From contig JAWCFL010000010.1 of assembly GCA_038858525.1 (NCBI GenBank), positions 1 to 32,000 of the forward strand: a DNA stretch of 32,000 nucleotides. The letters are read 5' to 3'. Positions within the stretch are counted from its first letter, which is position 1. Every line of letters starts with the position of its first letter. Below the pieces are notes generated by a model. The model worked only from the letters and a program-made list of their open reading frames with translations, was not told the DNA's origin and ran no database searches. Shown piece after piece: positions 15,875 through 25,314 of this stretch. A program made the position numbers and the translations under genes. This DNA is from Candidatus Jordarchaeales archaeon (GTDB lineage Archaea; Asgardarchaeota; Jordiarchaeia; Jordiarchaeales; Freyrarchaeaceae).

Positions 15875-17875
15875 CTATATTTTTGTGGCTATTTCTGTCG
15901 CTTCTCTGATGGCTTCTAGCGCCTTCCTAGGGTTTATACAATCACCCACAGCGTAAACTTCAGCAACCTTTCCTTCGAGTTGCTTTATGAGCTCATTGTT
16001 CGGCTCAGCGCCTACCGCTATTACCACGGTGTCTGCTTCGAAGAACTGCTCTCCATTGTTGACGATTACGCCCTCATCCGTTATTTCATCTACTCTGGCG
16101 TTTGTCACTATTCGCACTCCTCGTAGCTCTAAGCTTTGCCTAATTGTCCATCTTGTTGTTAGTCCTATGTCTCTTCCTATTCGTTCCATCATTTCGACGA
16201 TAACTACATCTCTGCTTTTCCTTAGGAGCTTTAAAGCTCTCTCGGGCGACAGCGCTCTTCTTTCGAGGAGGAACACCATTGTTTCAGCGTCTATTGAGCC
16301 TTCATCGGTCAGATATAGGGCCGTTTCGCATCCGACCCCTCCGCCTCCAACAATAACAACTTTTTCTCCAACGTCAACTTTTCCAGCGAGTACATCATGG
16401 GCGTAAACCACGTTTTTTCTTTCTATTCCGGGGATCTTTGGCCTTATAGGCCTAGCTCCTGTTGCGACTACTACGACGTCTGGCTTCACTTCATTAACCA
16501 GTTCAGGAGTGACCTCTGTTCTAAAAACCACTTTTATTCCGAGCTTCTCTATCTGTCTGCAGAGGTAATCCACGAAAGTTTTAAACTCTCTTCGCTCCTT
16601 GGGTGCGCTTGCCAAAAGTAGTTGGCCGCCTAGCCTGTCCGTTTTCTCGTATATTGTGACGTCGTGCCCTCTCTTCTTCAGTATTATTGCCGCCTGCATT
16701 CCTGCTGGTCCTCCTCCGGCAACGAGAACCTTTTTCGGCTTCACTGCAGGTTTGAGTTCGAGTTTCTTCTCTCTTCCCGCAGCAGGATTAACAAGGCAGG
16801 TGACTGGTTGCAACATGAAAACACTATCGAAGCACCCCTGTGTGCAAGCGATGCATGGCCTTATCTCGTCGAACCTTCCTTCAGCAGCTTTTACAACAAA
16901 TTCAGGGTCTGCTAAGAGCCCTCTGGCTATTCCAACTAGGTCAGCCTTCTTACGTCTAAGGATACGCTCTGCGAGTAATGGGTCGTTTATTCTGTTGCAG
17001 GCTATTACTGGTATTCCAACTGCGTCCTTTATGTTCTCAGCCAAGTATATGTAGGCTCCTCTTGGAACGTTCATGGTTAACTGGGGGATTGTGGTTTCAT
17101 GCCATCCTCCAGTTACGTTTATAATGTCTACTCCAGCGTCTTCAAGTTTGGCTGCGAATACCTTTGCCTCGTGGAAGTCATTGCTTCCCTCCATGAAGTC
17201 GTCTCCGCTGACCCTAAATATAATGGGGAAGTTCGCTCCTACTTTTTCTCTTACGCGTTCTATTACTTCAAGGGCAAACGTCATCCGTTGCCTTAGGTTT
17301 CCTCCGTACTTGTCTGTCCTTCTATTCGTTAGCGGGGAGAGGAACTGTCCTATGAGGTATCCGGCTGACGAGATTATTTCGACGGCGTCGAAACCTGCCT
17401 CCTTAGCTCTTCTTGCAGCTTCACCGTAGTCTTCAATCGTTTGCTCGATTTCTTCTATTGTCATTCTTTTCGGGATTTCCCTCGTCAACTTAGACATTAT
17501 AGAGGACGGTGCATGAGCCTTGTCCCCTATAATCATGGAAAAAGCATACCTTCCAGAGTGATAAAGTTGAGCCGCAATTTTAGCTCCGTAACTTTTAACT
17601 GATGAGGCAAGCCCTTTCAGGCCGGGAATGAATCTATCGTCGGAAATGCCTATCATTGATGGAGCACCCATAGCATACTTGTTTATGTAGCATCCGCCGA
17701 CTATTATTAGGCCAACTTGGTTTTTCGCTCTTTCAACATAGAAATCTACCAGTTTTTCGGTCACATGACCGTTTTCGCAGTAGCCTAGGTGCATTGCTGG
17801 CATTACCACTCGGTTGCGTAGTGTCATCCCCCTTATTGTTATAGGCTCCAGAAGTTTTTCAAGTTTAAAAGACAC
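15875..17875 (-). CDS. NADH:flavin oxidoreductase, 2,4-dienoyl-CoA reductase (FadH)-like, FMN/FAD/4Fe-4S
   Basis: OYE barrel (LRNRVVMPAM, GYLIGQFLSPLTNRRTDKYGG), CIACTQGC...C Fe-S motif, VAGGGPAG and VGGGGVG dinucleotide motifs. Start placed at GTG 17875 (GGTGA RBS) rather than 17923. Confidence 0.9.
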   Translation of the reverse strand: MSFKLEKLLEPITIRGMTLRNRVVMPAMHLGYCENGHVTEKLVDFYVERAKNQVGLIIVGGCYINKYAMGAPSMIGISDDRFIPGLKGLASSVKSYGAKIAAQLYHSGRYAFSMIIGDKAHAPSSIMSKLTREIPKRMTIEEIEQTIEDYGEAARRAKEAGFDAVEIISSAGYLIGQFLSPLTNRRTDKYGGNLRQRMTFALEVIERVREKVGANFPIIFRVSGDDFMEGSNDFHEAKVFAAKLEDAGVDIINVTGGWHETTIPQLTMNVPRGAYIYLAENIKDAVGIPVIACNRINDPLLAERILRRKKADLVGIARGLLADPEFVVKAAEGRFDEIRPCIACTQGCFDSVFMLQPVTCLVNPAAGREKKLELKPAVKPKKVLVAGGGPAGMQAAIILKKRGHDVTIYEKTDRLGGQLLLASAPKERREFKTFVDYLCRQIEKLGIKVVFRTEVTPELVNEVKPDVVVVATGARPIRPKIPGIERKNVVYAHDVLAGKVDVGEKVVIVGGGGVGCETALYLTDEGSIDAETMVFLLERRALSPERALKLLRKSRDVVIVEMMERIGRDIGLTTRWTIRQSLELRGVRIVTNARVDEITDEGVIVNNGEQFFEADTVVIAVGAEPNNELIKQLEGKVAEVYAVGDCINPRKALEAIREATEIATKI

Positions 17876-17957
17876 ACCTATCACCTTTTTGTCAATTTTG
17901 GTCAATAATTTACGGAGACGCATATTTAAGGCTTCATCAATAGAAGTGTGGATTATA

Positions 17958-17974
17958 GGGAAAGATATATTAAA
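17958..17974 (+). promoter_or_regulatory. BRE + TATA promoter of pdxST
   Basis: GGGAAAGA-TATATTAAA about 48 nt upstream of the pdxS ATG. Confidence 0.5.
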
Positions 17975-18021
17975 GAAACATCTTTAGTAAAGATGAAAAT
18001 TGAATAATTGGAGGAAAAGCC

Positions 18022-18927
18022 ATGAAGGCCAGTGTTGGAACAATATGCGTGAAGAGAGGGTTCATGAAAATGCAGAAGCACGGCGTCATAATGGATGTTA
18101 CTAGCGTTGAGCAGGCGCAGATTGCTGAGGATGCAGGAGCGGTTGCAGTAATGGCCCTAGACAAGTTGCCTTATGACGTCAGAAAGGCGGGGGGTGTTGC
18201 TAGGACGGCTGGCCTGAAGGTTATAGAGGAAATAATGGATCATGTTTCGATACCGGTCATGGCTAAGTGCAGAATTGGACATGTCTATGAGGCAAGGGTA
18301 CTGGAGGAGTTGGGTGTTGATGCTATAGATGAATCCGAAGTTTTAACTCCAGCTGATGAGAAGAGGCATATTTGGAAGTGGGACTTTAAGGTTCCATTCG
18401 TAAATGGTGCGAGGGATCTCGGTGAGGCTTTACGAAGAATAGAGGAAGGAGCTTCCATGATAAGAACGAAGGGGGAGGCGGGAACGGGTAATGTTGCTGA
18501 GGCTGTGCGCCACATGAAACTTGTGAGGAGTGAAATAAGAAGGGTGAGAGCTGTAGTTGAGGAGGAGGACTGGCAGGAGATCGTTGCTTTGGCTCGTGAG
18601 TTTAGGGTTTCCTATCAACTGGTTTACGAGGTCGGAAGGCTTGGAAGGCTGCCTGTTGTTAACTTTGCTGCTGGCGGCATAGCTACTCCTGCTGATGCCG
18701 CTTTGATGATGTCACTTGGTTGCGATGGAATATTTGTTGGGTCAGGGATCTTTAAGTCTGAGGATCCTATGGAGCGGGCAAGGGCAATAGTTTTAGCGAC
18801 GTCATTTTGGGATGACCCGGAGATTGTGGCTGAAGCCCAGAGGATGATAGATGAAAGAAAGTCCATGATTGGCATCGGCGTCAGTGAGCTCGAGCTGAAA
18901 ATGCAAGAAAGGGGGGCTGAAGCGTGA
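18022..18927 (+). CDS. pdxS: Pyridoxal 5'-phosphate synthase, lyase subunit
   Basis: [56 protein letters not shown]. Confidence 0.97.
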   Translation: MKASVGTICVKRGFMKMQKHGVIMDVTSVEQAQIAEDAGAVAVMALDKLPYDVRKAGGVARTAGLKVIEEIMDHVSIPVMAKCRIGHVYEARVLEELGVDAIDESEVLTPADEKRHIWKWDFKVPFVNGARDLGEALRRIEEGASMIRTKGEAGTGNVAEAVRHMKLVRSEIRRVRAVVEEEDWQEIVALAREFRVSYQLVYEVGRLGRLPVVNFAAGGIATPADAALMMSLGCDGIFVGSGIFKSEDPMERARAIVLATSFWDDPEIVAEAQRMIDERKSMIGIGVSELELKMQERGAEA

Positions 18928-19532
18928 GAAGCATTAAAGTTGGTGTACTTGGATTTCAAGGAGCGATCGAGGAACACGTAGATATCACGAGAAGAGCGCT
19001 TAAAGAAGCGGGGCTGAGTGGAGAAGTTAATGTTGTGAGGAGACTGGAGGAAGTTGAAGTTTTGGATGGACTGATAATTCCTGGTGGAGAGAGCACAGTG
19101 ATAGGCAGTATGATGGAACGCACGGGTATAATGGATTATTTAAGGCGAACAAGGGGGAAATTTCCCGTTTTTGGAACTTGTGCGGGCATGATTGTGTTAT
19201 CGAGAAAGGTAAAGGATAGAGTATTAGGTGATACTAATCAGCCAACCGCAGGGATACTTGACGTCTCCGTTGAAAGGAACTCCTTTGGAAGGCAAGGAGA
19301 CTCCTTTGAAACTGAGCTAGAAATACCAGCGATTGGCGGTCTTTATAGGGGCGTCTTCATTAGGGCACCCATAATATTAGATGTAGGAAGCGAAGTCGAA
19401 GTTTTATGTAGATTGAATGGAAGAATAGTAGCGGTGCAGCAAGAAAAAATAATGGCCACAGCATTCCACCCCGAACTAACAGACGACCCGAGAATTCACA
19501 TCTTCTTCATCAAGAAAATAATTTCAGATTAA
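18924..19532 (+). CDS. pdxT: Pyridoxal 5'-phosphate synthase, glutaminase subunit
   Basis: [37 protein letters not shown] overlap with pdxS. Confidence 0.97.
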   Translation: MRSIKVGVLGFQGAIEEHVDITRRALKEAGLSGEVNVVRRLEEVEVLDGLIIPGGESTVIGSMMERTGIMDYLRRTRGKFPVFGTCAGMIVLSRKVKDRVLGDTNQPTAGILDVSVERNSFGRQGDSFETELEIPAIGGLYRGVFIRAPIILDVGSEVEVLCRLNGRIVAVQQEKIMATAFHPELTDDPRIHIFFIKKIISD

Positions 19533-19807
19533 AAGTCGTCAGCAGTTTTAAGATAAAAAGTTAATTTCGAATTTTCTTGCCAAATCTGTTTGCATACGGC
19601 TTTAGGGAGTATTAGATAGTGTTAGTGGTTGAGTAATCAAAAGAAAGGAACGAAGTTGTCTGTAAAATCGTCAATGAACTAGGAGAGAAACAGGGATTAA
19701 ATTAGGTGTTAACATGTGGCAACGTAGAGTTGCTTGTTTAAGGTCTTCCTGAAAAAGAGGGGGTCTACGTAATTTTTATTGGTATATTTTGTTTTTTTGT
19801 TTTTGAC

Positions 19808-20290
19808 GTGAGACTAGAGGTTGGTGGGTTTTTGCGTAAGGTTTTCGTTATAGGTGTAGGAAATTATCTTTTGGGAGATGAAGGAGTGGGGATTCATATT
19901 GTAAACAGGATGAAGGAGCACTCGTTACCTGAAAAAGTGGAAGTTGTTGATGGAGGAGTGGGAGGCTTGTTTTTACTGGAGTTTCTTGAAAAGGCTGAAA
20001 AAGTTATTCTTGTGGATGCAGTTTTAGGTGGCGGGAAGCCCGGTGATGTATACATTGTTAACTCTGAAGAGCTTGAGAGGAGTAAGATTAAGAGCTTGTC
20101 GTCTTTGCATGATATGACTGTCCAATTACTGGTGAAGGTTGCTAAGGAATTGAATGTTTTACCTAAACTGTTCTTGGTTGGGGTTGAACCAAAAAACTAC
20201 AGTGAAATAGGAGACGCTCTTTCGCGAGAAGTGGAGGAAGCTATACCAAAAGTCATAGAAACAGTCTTTAGGCTTATTAATGATTGTTGA
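19808..20290 (+). CDS. [NiFe]-hydrogenase maturation protease (HyaD/HycI family)
   Basis: IGVGNYLLGDEGVG, VDGG, LVDAV, SLHD, LVGVEP. The start may be TTG 19832. Confidence 0.9.
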   Translation: MRLEVGGFLRKVFVIGVGNYLLGDEGVGIHIVNRMKEHSLPEKVEVVDGGVGGLFLLEFLEKAEKVILVDAVLGGGKPGDVYIVNSEELERSKIKSLSSLHDMTVQLLVKVAKELNVLPKLFLVGVEPKNYSEIGDALSREVEEAIPKVIETVFRLINDC

Positions 20291-20314
20291 ACAAGAAAAG
20301 GGAAGGGATAAGAA

Positions 20315-21106
20315 TTGAGAGGACCTTTTGCAATGAAGATCCATAATGCCTCTGAGGAGCGAGAAAGCAATCTCGTGTTGGCTTTAGATGTTTCAACCAA
20401 GGTTAAGGATGAAAGAGATATTCGTGAGCTTTGCGGAAGAGCTAAGACCATTTTGGATGATACTGAAAGATTCATAGCGGGCTTAAAAGTGAATTTTCAG
20501 CTTCTGCTTCCTTTAGGTTTGTATGGTTATCTGCAAGAGGTGCTGGATGCCGCTAGGGCGTATGGCTTACCGACGATCATGGACTGCAAAATAAATGACG
20601 TTGAACATACTAACAGGTGGGCTGCTACTCATTTTTTTGATGCGGGGTTTGATGCTTTAACTGCAAACCCCTTCGCTGGTTGGGAGGGAGGATTAAAAGG
20701 AGTATTCGATGAGGCAAGGAGACGCGAAAAGGGAGTCATACTTTTGGTTTACATGTCACATCACAGTGCTGAAGAAAACTATGGACGAGAAATAGTATTA
20801 AGTGACGGCAAGGTAAAGCCTTGCTACAGGTTTTTCGCGGAGAAAGCAGTTGAGTGGGGCGCCGATGGCGTCGTGGTGGGAGCCACGAGACCAAATGTGA
20901 TAAGTGAAGTGAGAAAAATGCTACCTAAAGATGTGCTCATATTTAGTCCTGGGGTCGCTATTCAAGGAGGAGACGTCGAGACAGTTTTTAGGGCAGGAGC
21001 TGACTACGCAATAGTTGGACGCATAATATGTGAGGCGAAAAAACCTGGGGAAACCGCTAAGTGGTACGTAGAAAGAATTAAAAGTGTTTTACGAGACAGA
21101 GGTTAG
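20315..21106 (+). CDS. pyrF: Orotidine 5'-phosphate decarboxylase
   Basis: LALD, GLK, DCKINDVEHT (DxKxxD), VVGAT, SPGV, IVGRII. Alternative start ATG 20333. Confidence 0.93.
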   Translation: MRGPFAMKIHNASEERESNLVLALDVSTKVKDERDIRELCGRAKTILDDTERFIAGLKVNFQLLLPLGLYGYLQEVLDAARAYGLPTIMDCKINDVEHTNRWAATHFFDAGFDALTANPFAGWEGGLKGVFDEARRREKGVILLVYMSHHSAEENYGREIVLSDGKVKPCYRFFAEKAVEWGADGVVVGATRPNVISEVRKMLPKDVLIFSPGVAIQGGDVETVFRAGADYAIVGRIICEAKKPGETAKWYVERIKSVLRDRG

Positions 21107-21609
21107 CGTTCCCCGAGTCCTTTGAGTTTTTTTATCATATTTTCAAGTAATTTTTCAAGTTGAGGATACGTTTTTTCGAAGAGTTCGGTCCGCCTTTTTG
21201 CAGCTTTAACGCCTTCCATGACTTTCAGTACCGCAGAGAACTGCTCTTCAACTCTATTAGCCAGATCCCTTTCTAGGAGGGCTGAGCTTTTCATGTCGAT
21301 CAAGTCTTCTATGGCATGTTTAAGGTAGAAAGCGGCATCTTCAACGCTGTCCGCCTCAAGGACTTGCCTAACCCAGAACAAATGAGCTTCAAACTCACTA
21401 ATAACTTTTTTACGTGCTTGAATGTAGTCTCTTAGATCATCCAAGTAGGTCAGTATAGTATCCCAGAGAGCATTATACCCGTCAACCAAGTCCCCGCACC
21501 AATCTTCCACTTCTGGCTCGCCACCAATAACGCTTTTTATATAATCCTTGCAAAGCTTAAGGTACTCCTTTACCTCTCTTTTCACGTCACTCAGCATTTC
21601 TTCAAGCAT
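21103..21609 (-). CDS. Hypothetical all-alpha protein
   Basis: 168-aa ORF with a GGGGAGG RBS, amphipathic helices, fills the gap between pyrF and the next gene. Confidence 0.7.
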   Translation of the reverse strand: MLEEMLSDVKREVKEYLKLCKDYIKSVIGGEPEVEDWCGDLVDGYNALWDTILTYLDDLRDYIQARKKVISEFEAHLFWVRQVLEADSVEDAAFYLKHAIEDLIDMKSSALLERDLANRVEEQFSAVLKVMEGVKAAKRRTELFEKTYPQLEKLLENMIKKLKGLGER

Positions 21610-21852
21610 GCTTCCTCCCCGAAAACCTCCCTTTTCCCGTTCACTCCGCTTATATTTACAGTAATTTTCTTCTAAAAATATTATCTTCTTACCTTTTCAG
21701 CCACCAGAGGCAGTAATGATTCTTTAATTATCGGGGGAACATAGACTTATCAACTCTTAAAAATCATCAAAAAAATTATCTACGAGTTTTGTCTTTTTTG
21801 AACAGGTAGTTGGAGTCTGCATATTTGAAAAGATTGTGAGGGAGGCGGCTGA

Positions 21853-23202
21853 TTGAGCTTCAGAGTTGGAGGGGTTGTCCTTTCACGGCTTTTACTAGCG
21901 CTATCTGTCATTTTAACCCCGATTTACTTTCTGCTTTTATTTGCTTTTTCACCAGTCAAATTACGTCCTGCTCCTTTACCATTTGACATAGTAGTTGCCA
22001 ATTATCCTTTATTTCATAGTATTTTGCAGTACTCTGGGTTTGAACAACCATGGATCATGGTGATTAACTACATTTTTGCTCCTCTTTTTTTCTCTCTTCC
22101 ATGGCTTCTTTTCGTTGCCTTGAACCACGAAAGGATTATCAGAACCTTTGAGGTGCTGGACGCAACGACGACGATAGTTCCTCTAAGATACAGAATTTTT
22201 TACGGTTTTAATACATTGCTTTTACTGGTATTTTTCCTTCTCCCCGCCTTATTCCCTGTTTTGAGCGTTGTTTCAAGCGTGATTCTCGTTGGCAGGGTGC
22301 TTAACACTAGTGAGTGGTTCTGGAGACATGGAAAGATAGTGAAAATAGCTACATGCATTATAGCCTTCACCGTCATATGTTGGGGACCAGTTTACCTGAC
22401 CGCGTTATACTATTTGGAAAGGCTCCACGTTTTTCTAACTAGTTGGCTCTGGGACTTATGGGCAAACAACATGGTAATAACATACACTGTTTCCATGTGT
22501 ATAGTTAACGCGCTGGCTATAGGGTCTATTGTGTGGCTAATATTTGCTGGCTCAGCCGAGTTTGAAGCTAAGACCTTCGGAGTCGCTTTAACCAAGCCAC
22601 CTTATAGAGCAATAGCCATACTTGAAGCGGTGTTCTTCATATTATTCATTTATATCGGATTGCCATACATTTACGTTCCGGGGTGGCCTCCTCGTTACCT
22701 TATTTGGGGAAGCAACCCGAGCATCTTATATGACAGAATAAATTACATTTGTTTAGGCTTAATATCACTAGTTACTCTGGTGGGAATGACTAAAGGTCTA
22801 AGAAGACGCACATTCAATTTCTCTCTTTTTGGATTGATTATAGCTGGAGGATTCCTAGGGTTAGACATGGTTACAGGTAACTACATTAGGACGCTTGCCA
22901 TCCTGCCAAAGATGCTTACACCGTTTATCCTGAGCGTTACTTTATCATCTCCTTGGGGGCTTTTAACGATGGATATAAACTATTTTTTGAACCTTTATAT
23001 CCCCTACTATGAGCTTCCGAGAGCTCTCATGCAGAACTACTTTTTTGGAGGTGCGCAGACAGCGCTTACCCTAGCTATGTACGTTGTGATGCTCATCCAT
23101 AGCTCAGTGACTCACGTAACCAGCGCCATGACATTGACTGCGCTAATATGGGTTACCACGACCATTTACTGTTTCGCTAAGGCAGGGACAACGAGGGGGT
23201 GA
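21853..23202 (+). CDS. Polytopic membrane protein of unknown function (roughly 10-12 TM)
   Basis: 449 aa, many hydrophobic 20-aa segments, GGAGG RBS, TTG start. No family motif recognised. Confidence 0.75.
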   Translation: MSFRVGGVVLSRLLLALSVILTPIYFLLLFAFSPVKLRPAPLPFDIVVANYPLFHSILQYSGFEQPWIMVINYIFAPLFFSLPWLLFVALNHERIIRTFEVLDATTTIVPLRYRIFYGFNTLLLLVFFLLPALFPVLSVVSSVILVGRVLNTSEWFWRHGKIVKIATCIIAFTVICWGPVYLTALYYLERLHVFLTSWLWDLWANNMVITYTVSMCIVNALAIGSIVWLIFAGSAEFEAKTFGVALTKPPYRAIAILEAVFFILFIYIGLPYIYVPGWPPRYLIWGSNPSILYDRINYICLGLISLVTLVGMTKGLRRRTFNFSLFGLIIAGGFLGLDMVTGNYIRTLAILPKMLTPFILSVTLSSPWGLLTMDINYFLNLYIPYYELPRALMQNYFFGGAQTALTLAMYVVMLIHSSVTHVTSAMTLTALIWVTTTIYCFAKAGTTRG

Positions 23203-23266
23203 AAAATATGAGGGAGATACTTAATTTTTTATGTTCTTTCAGAGCCCCCTTGAAAGGGGGGATTAT

Positions 23267-23593
23267 ATGGTTGTCAAGCTTAGTAAGGGTAAAGTTGACG
23301 AGAACGTGGTTAGATTTTTGTTGGAAGCTGTTTCGGATTTAGAGCAAAGGCTTAGAAAGATTGAAAGGCAAGTTGACGTTTTGATTCAAGAGCTTTACGG
23401 GTTTAGGCTTCTGGAGAATGGAGAAAGCAGGGTGGAGGAAAAGGCAGTTGCAATAGAGAGAAGAGATGACAAAGGAGAGAGACATGCTGAAGAGGAGAAA
23501 GGCGGAGTTAGAGTTAACATCGAAGCAGAAATAAAAGAAGTGAAGAAAGAACAAGTAAAAACAGTTATTCCAACGGTTAAATTAGCGTCATGA
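23267..23593 (+). CDS. Hypothetical protein with short coiled coil and charged tail
   Basis: LEAVSDLEQRLRKIERQVDVLIQEL heptads followed by an E/K-rich region. ATG 23267 follows a G-rich RBS (the ORF track starts at 23231). Confidence 0.6.
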   Translation: MVVKLSKGKVDENVVRFLLEAVSDLEQRLRKIERQVDVLIQELYGFRLLENGESRVEEKAVAIERRDDKGERHAEEEKGGVRVNIEAEIKEVKKEQVKTVIPTVKLAS

Positions 23594-23704
23594 AAAAAGC
23601 AAGCTTCCTTGGGAAATGTATTTCTTCAATTGTAGTGATGGAAAGTTATTTATTTTACCTTCTGGAATTTTCCTATACCCTTAAAGGGTTAAGGGGGTTT
23701 TAGG

Positions 23705-23950
23705 ATGGGGTTGAGTGCTTATGTGCTTATTAAGGTTGCCTCTGGTCATGAGAAGCCGGTTCTTTCGAGGCTGAGGGAGCTCAAAAATGTTGAGTGCGCG
23801 GACCTTGTCTATGGGATCTATGATATAATACTGAAGGTTAACGTGAAGAACGTTGAGGAGCTTGATGACTTCGTTTTCGGAGTAGTAAGGCAGATGGATG
23901 GCGTTATGGAGACAATGACGTGCATTTGCTCTGGCGGAGAAGAAGGCTAA
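23705..23950 (+). CDS. Stand-alone Lrp/AsnC ligand-binding (RAM) domain protein
   Basis: AYVLIKVASG...VYGIYDIILKV...IRQM-like ending, 81 aa, no HTH. Confidence 0.9.
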   Translation: MGLSAYVLIKVASGHEKPVLSRLRELKNVECADLVYGIYDIILKVNVKNVEELDDFVFGVVRQMDGVMETMTCICSGGEEG

Positions 23951-24047
23951 ACTTGGTTACTAGCGCACCATGGACTAAGATGACTGGCAGAAGATTTTTT
24001 AGAGAAATTCTAATATCAAATTTAACTTAAGCGTGGAGGAGAAAGTT

Positions 24048-24407
24048 ATGAGCGGGAGTGTTGTGAAACCTGCAATACCGTTGCAGCTTAAAGGTTTGGC
24101 TGATCTAGTCAGGTTGCTGGTAACGTGGAGCAGGGAGCGGGGAACACATATATTCTACTTTGAGAAAGGCGGCAAGCATATTTACGGCGCTTTAATAGGG
24201 AGTTTTCCAGGCTACTATGAGCTAAGAGGGCTCCCATTGTTTATGTATATCGCAGATAAAGAGCCGCCTAAAGGAAACTTTATACGTTATGTCGGACACC
24301 AAGAGGAGAAAATAGAATTTGTTGATGCAGTGGAGGTCGACCCGAAGGCGACTTTTATACCAATAATTCGTCTCGCTAATCCTCCAGTTTTCGTAGGAGA
24401 GCTATGA
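24048..24407 (+). CDS. Conserved hypothetical protein resembling the Thermoproteota 'cren protein' family
   Basis: KPAIPLQLKGLADLVRL...YYELRGLPLFMY...EKIEFVD...IPIIRLANPP pattern recalled from that family. GGAGG RBS before ATG 24048. Confidence 0.6.
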   Translation: MSGSVVKPAIPLQLKGLADLVRLLVTWSRERGTHIFYFEKGGKHIYGALIGSFPGYYELRGLPLFMYIADKEPPKGNFIRYVGHQEEKIEFVDAVEVDPKATFIPIIRLANPPVFVGEL

Positions 24408-25219
24408 TTTAACTGCGTCCCGGATTTATAGTTGCTTTTAATTTTCTTGCAAAGCGCAGTAAAGAGAGGTGAAAGAAGAGCCAAAAACCAGGTAACAACT
24501 CTTAATCTTGTTATGCGGGTTATGAACTTAATGGCAGGTGCATCTTCATAGAGTAGCCAGTATGGATGGTTAATTATGTGTGCGAAGCCGTTTTCTGTAA
24601 GTAATTTGGCGAGTTGCTTGTATGTTACGAGTGAAGGCAGTTCAGCATTGACCTTAAGCATCATCGAAGCGATCTTATTCGCGATCTTCCTGGGAAGTAA
24701 AGTTAACCCGATTATTCCGGTGTGTGGCTCCACGGGATATAGCCTGTTGGGTGTTGTTAGAAAGAGACGTCCTTCATCGTCGAGGACTGAATGAATTTCT
24801 TTAAGCAATTTGTGTTTGTCTTCAACATGTTCCAGGACGTCATTGCATATGGTCAAGTTGAAGCATCCTTCTTTAAATGGCAGGTTTAGGCCGCTAGCTA
24901 GGATAAAGTCGATTACGCCGTTCTTCGCTTTTTTAGCGTTTAGTTTTGCAAGTTGAATTGCAAGAGAATTTATTTCGATTCCGACAACTTGGTTAGCATG
25001 ATTTGCTAACGTTAAGCATGCTCCTCCTACTCCGCAACCCACGTCGAGAACCCTTAGCCCAGAGACGCTTCTAAGAAACACTCTCATTTTTGCGACGTAA
25101 GTTTCAGCTCTTCTTTCAGCGTTTTTAAACCATGAGAACCATGCTTCATAGTTTCCGAGGGACTTTAATGGTTCAAGACTACGCCTCAATGCCTCCTCGA
25201 ACTCTATTATTTCGCTCAT
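24287..25219 (-). CDS. Class I SAM-dependent methyltransferase
   Basis: VLDVGCGVGG motif I, ASGLNLPF, CNDVLEHV, TTPNRLYPVEPH. The last ~50 aa overlap the opposite gene and look like read-through. Confidence 0.85.
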   Translation of the reverse strand: MSEIIEFEEALRRSLEPLKSLGNYEAWFSWFKNAERRAETYVAKMRVFLRSVSGLRVLDVGCGVGGACLTLANHANQVVGIEINSLAIQLAKLNAKKAKNGVIDFILASGLNLPFKEGCFNLTICNDVLEHVEDKHKLLKEIHSVLDDEGRLFLTTPNRLYPVEPHTGIIGLTLLPRKIANKIASMMLKVNAELPSLVTYKQLAKLLTENGFAHIINHPYWLLYEDAPAIKFITRITRLRVVTWFLALLSPLFTALCKKIKSNYKSGTQLNHSSPTKTGGLARRIIGIKVAFGSTSTASTNSIFSSWCPT

Positions 25220-25314
25220 TAGTAGCCCTCCGTAGGGGGAATCATAGAAAGATTATTTTTTAGGTTTAAATTAGTTTTCTGGGAGAAAAGAATAAGTCTT
25301 AGAGCTGAGCTGAG

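Noticed and set aside
15987-17429. Several 65-151-aa plus-strand ORFs inside the flavin oxidoreductase, and similar ones inside purB, cofG, cofH, pheA, GGGP synthase, pdxS, coaBC, PPS and panE
   Set aside because: They are antisense or alternate-frame shadows of well-supported genes with no recognisable motifs.
19533-19807. 275-bp intergenic gap checked for small ORFs, tRNA or C/D-box RNA
   Set aside because: Only ORFs under 15 codons, with no tRNA arms or box C/D pair visible.
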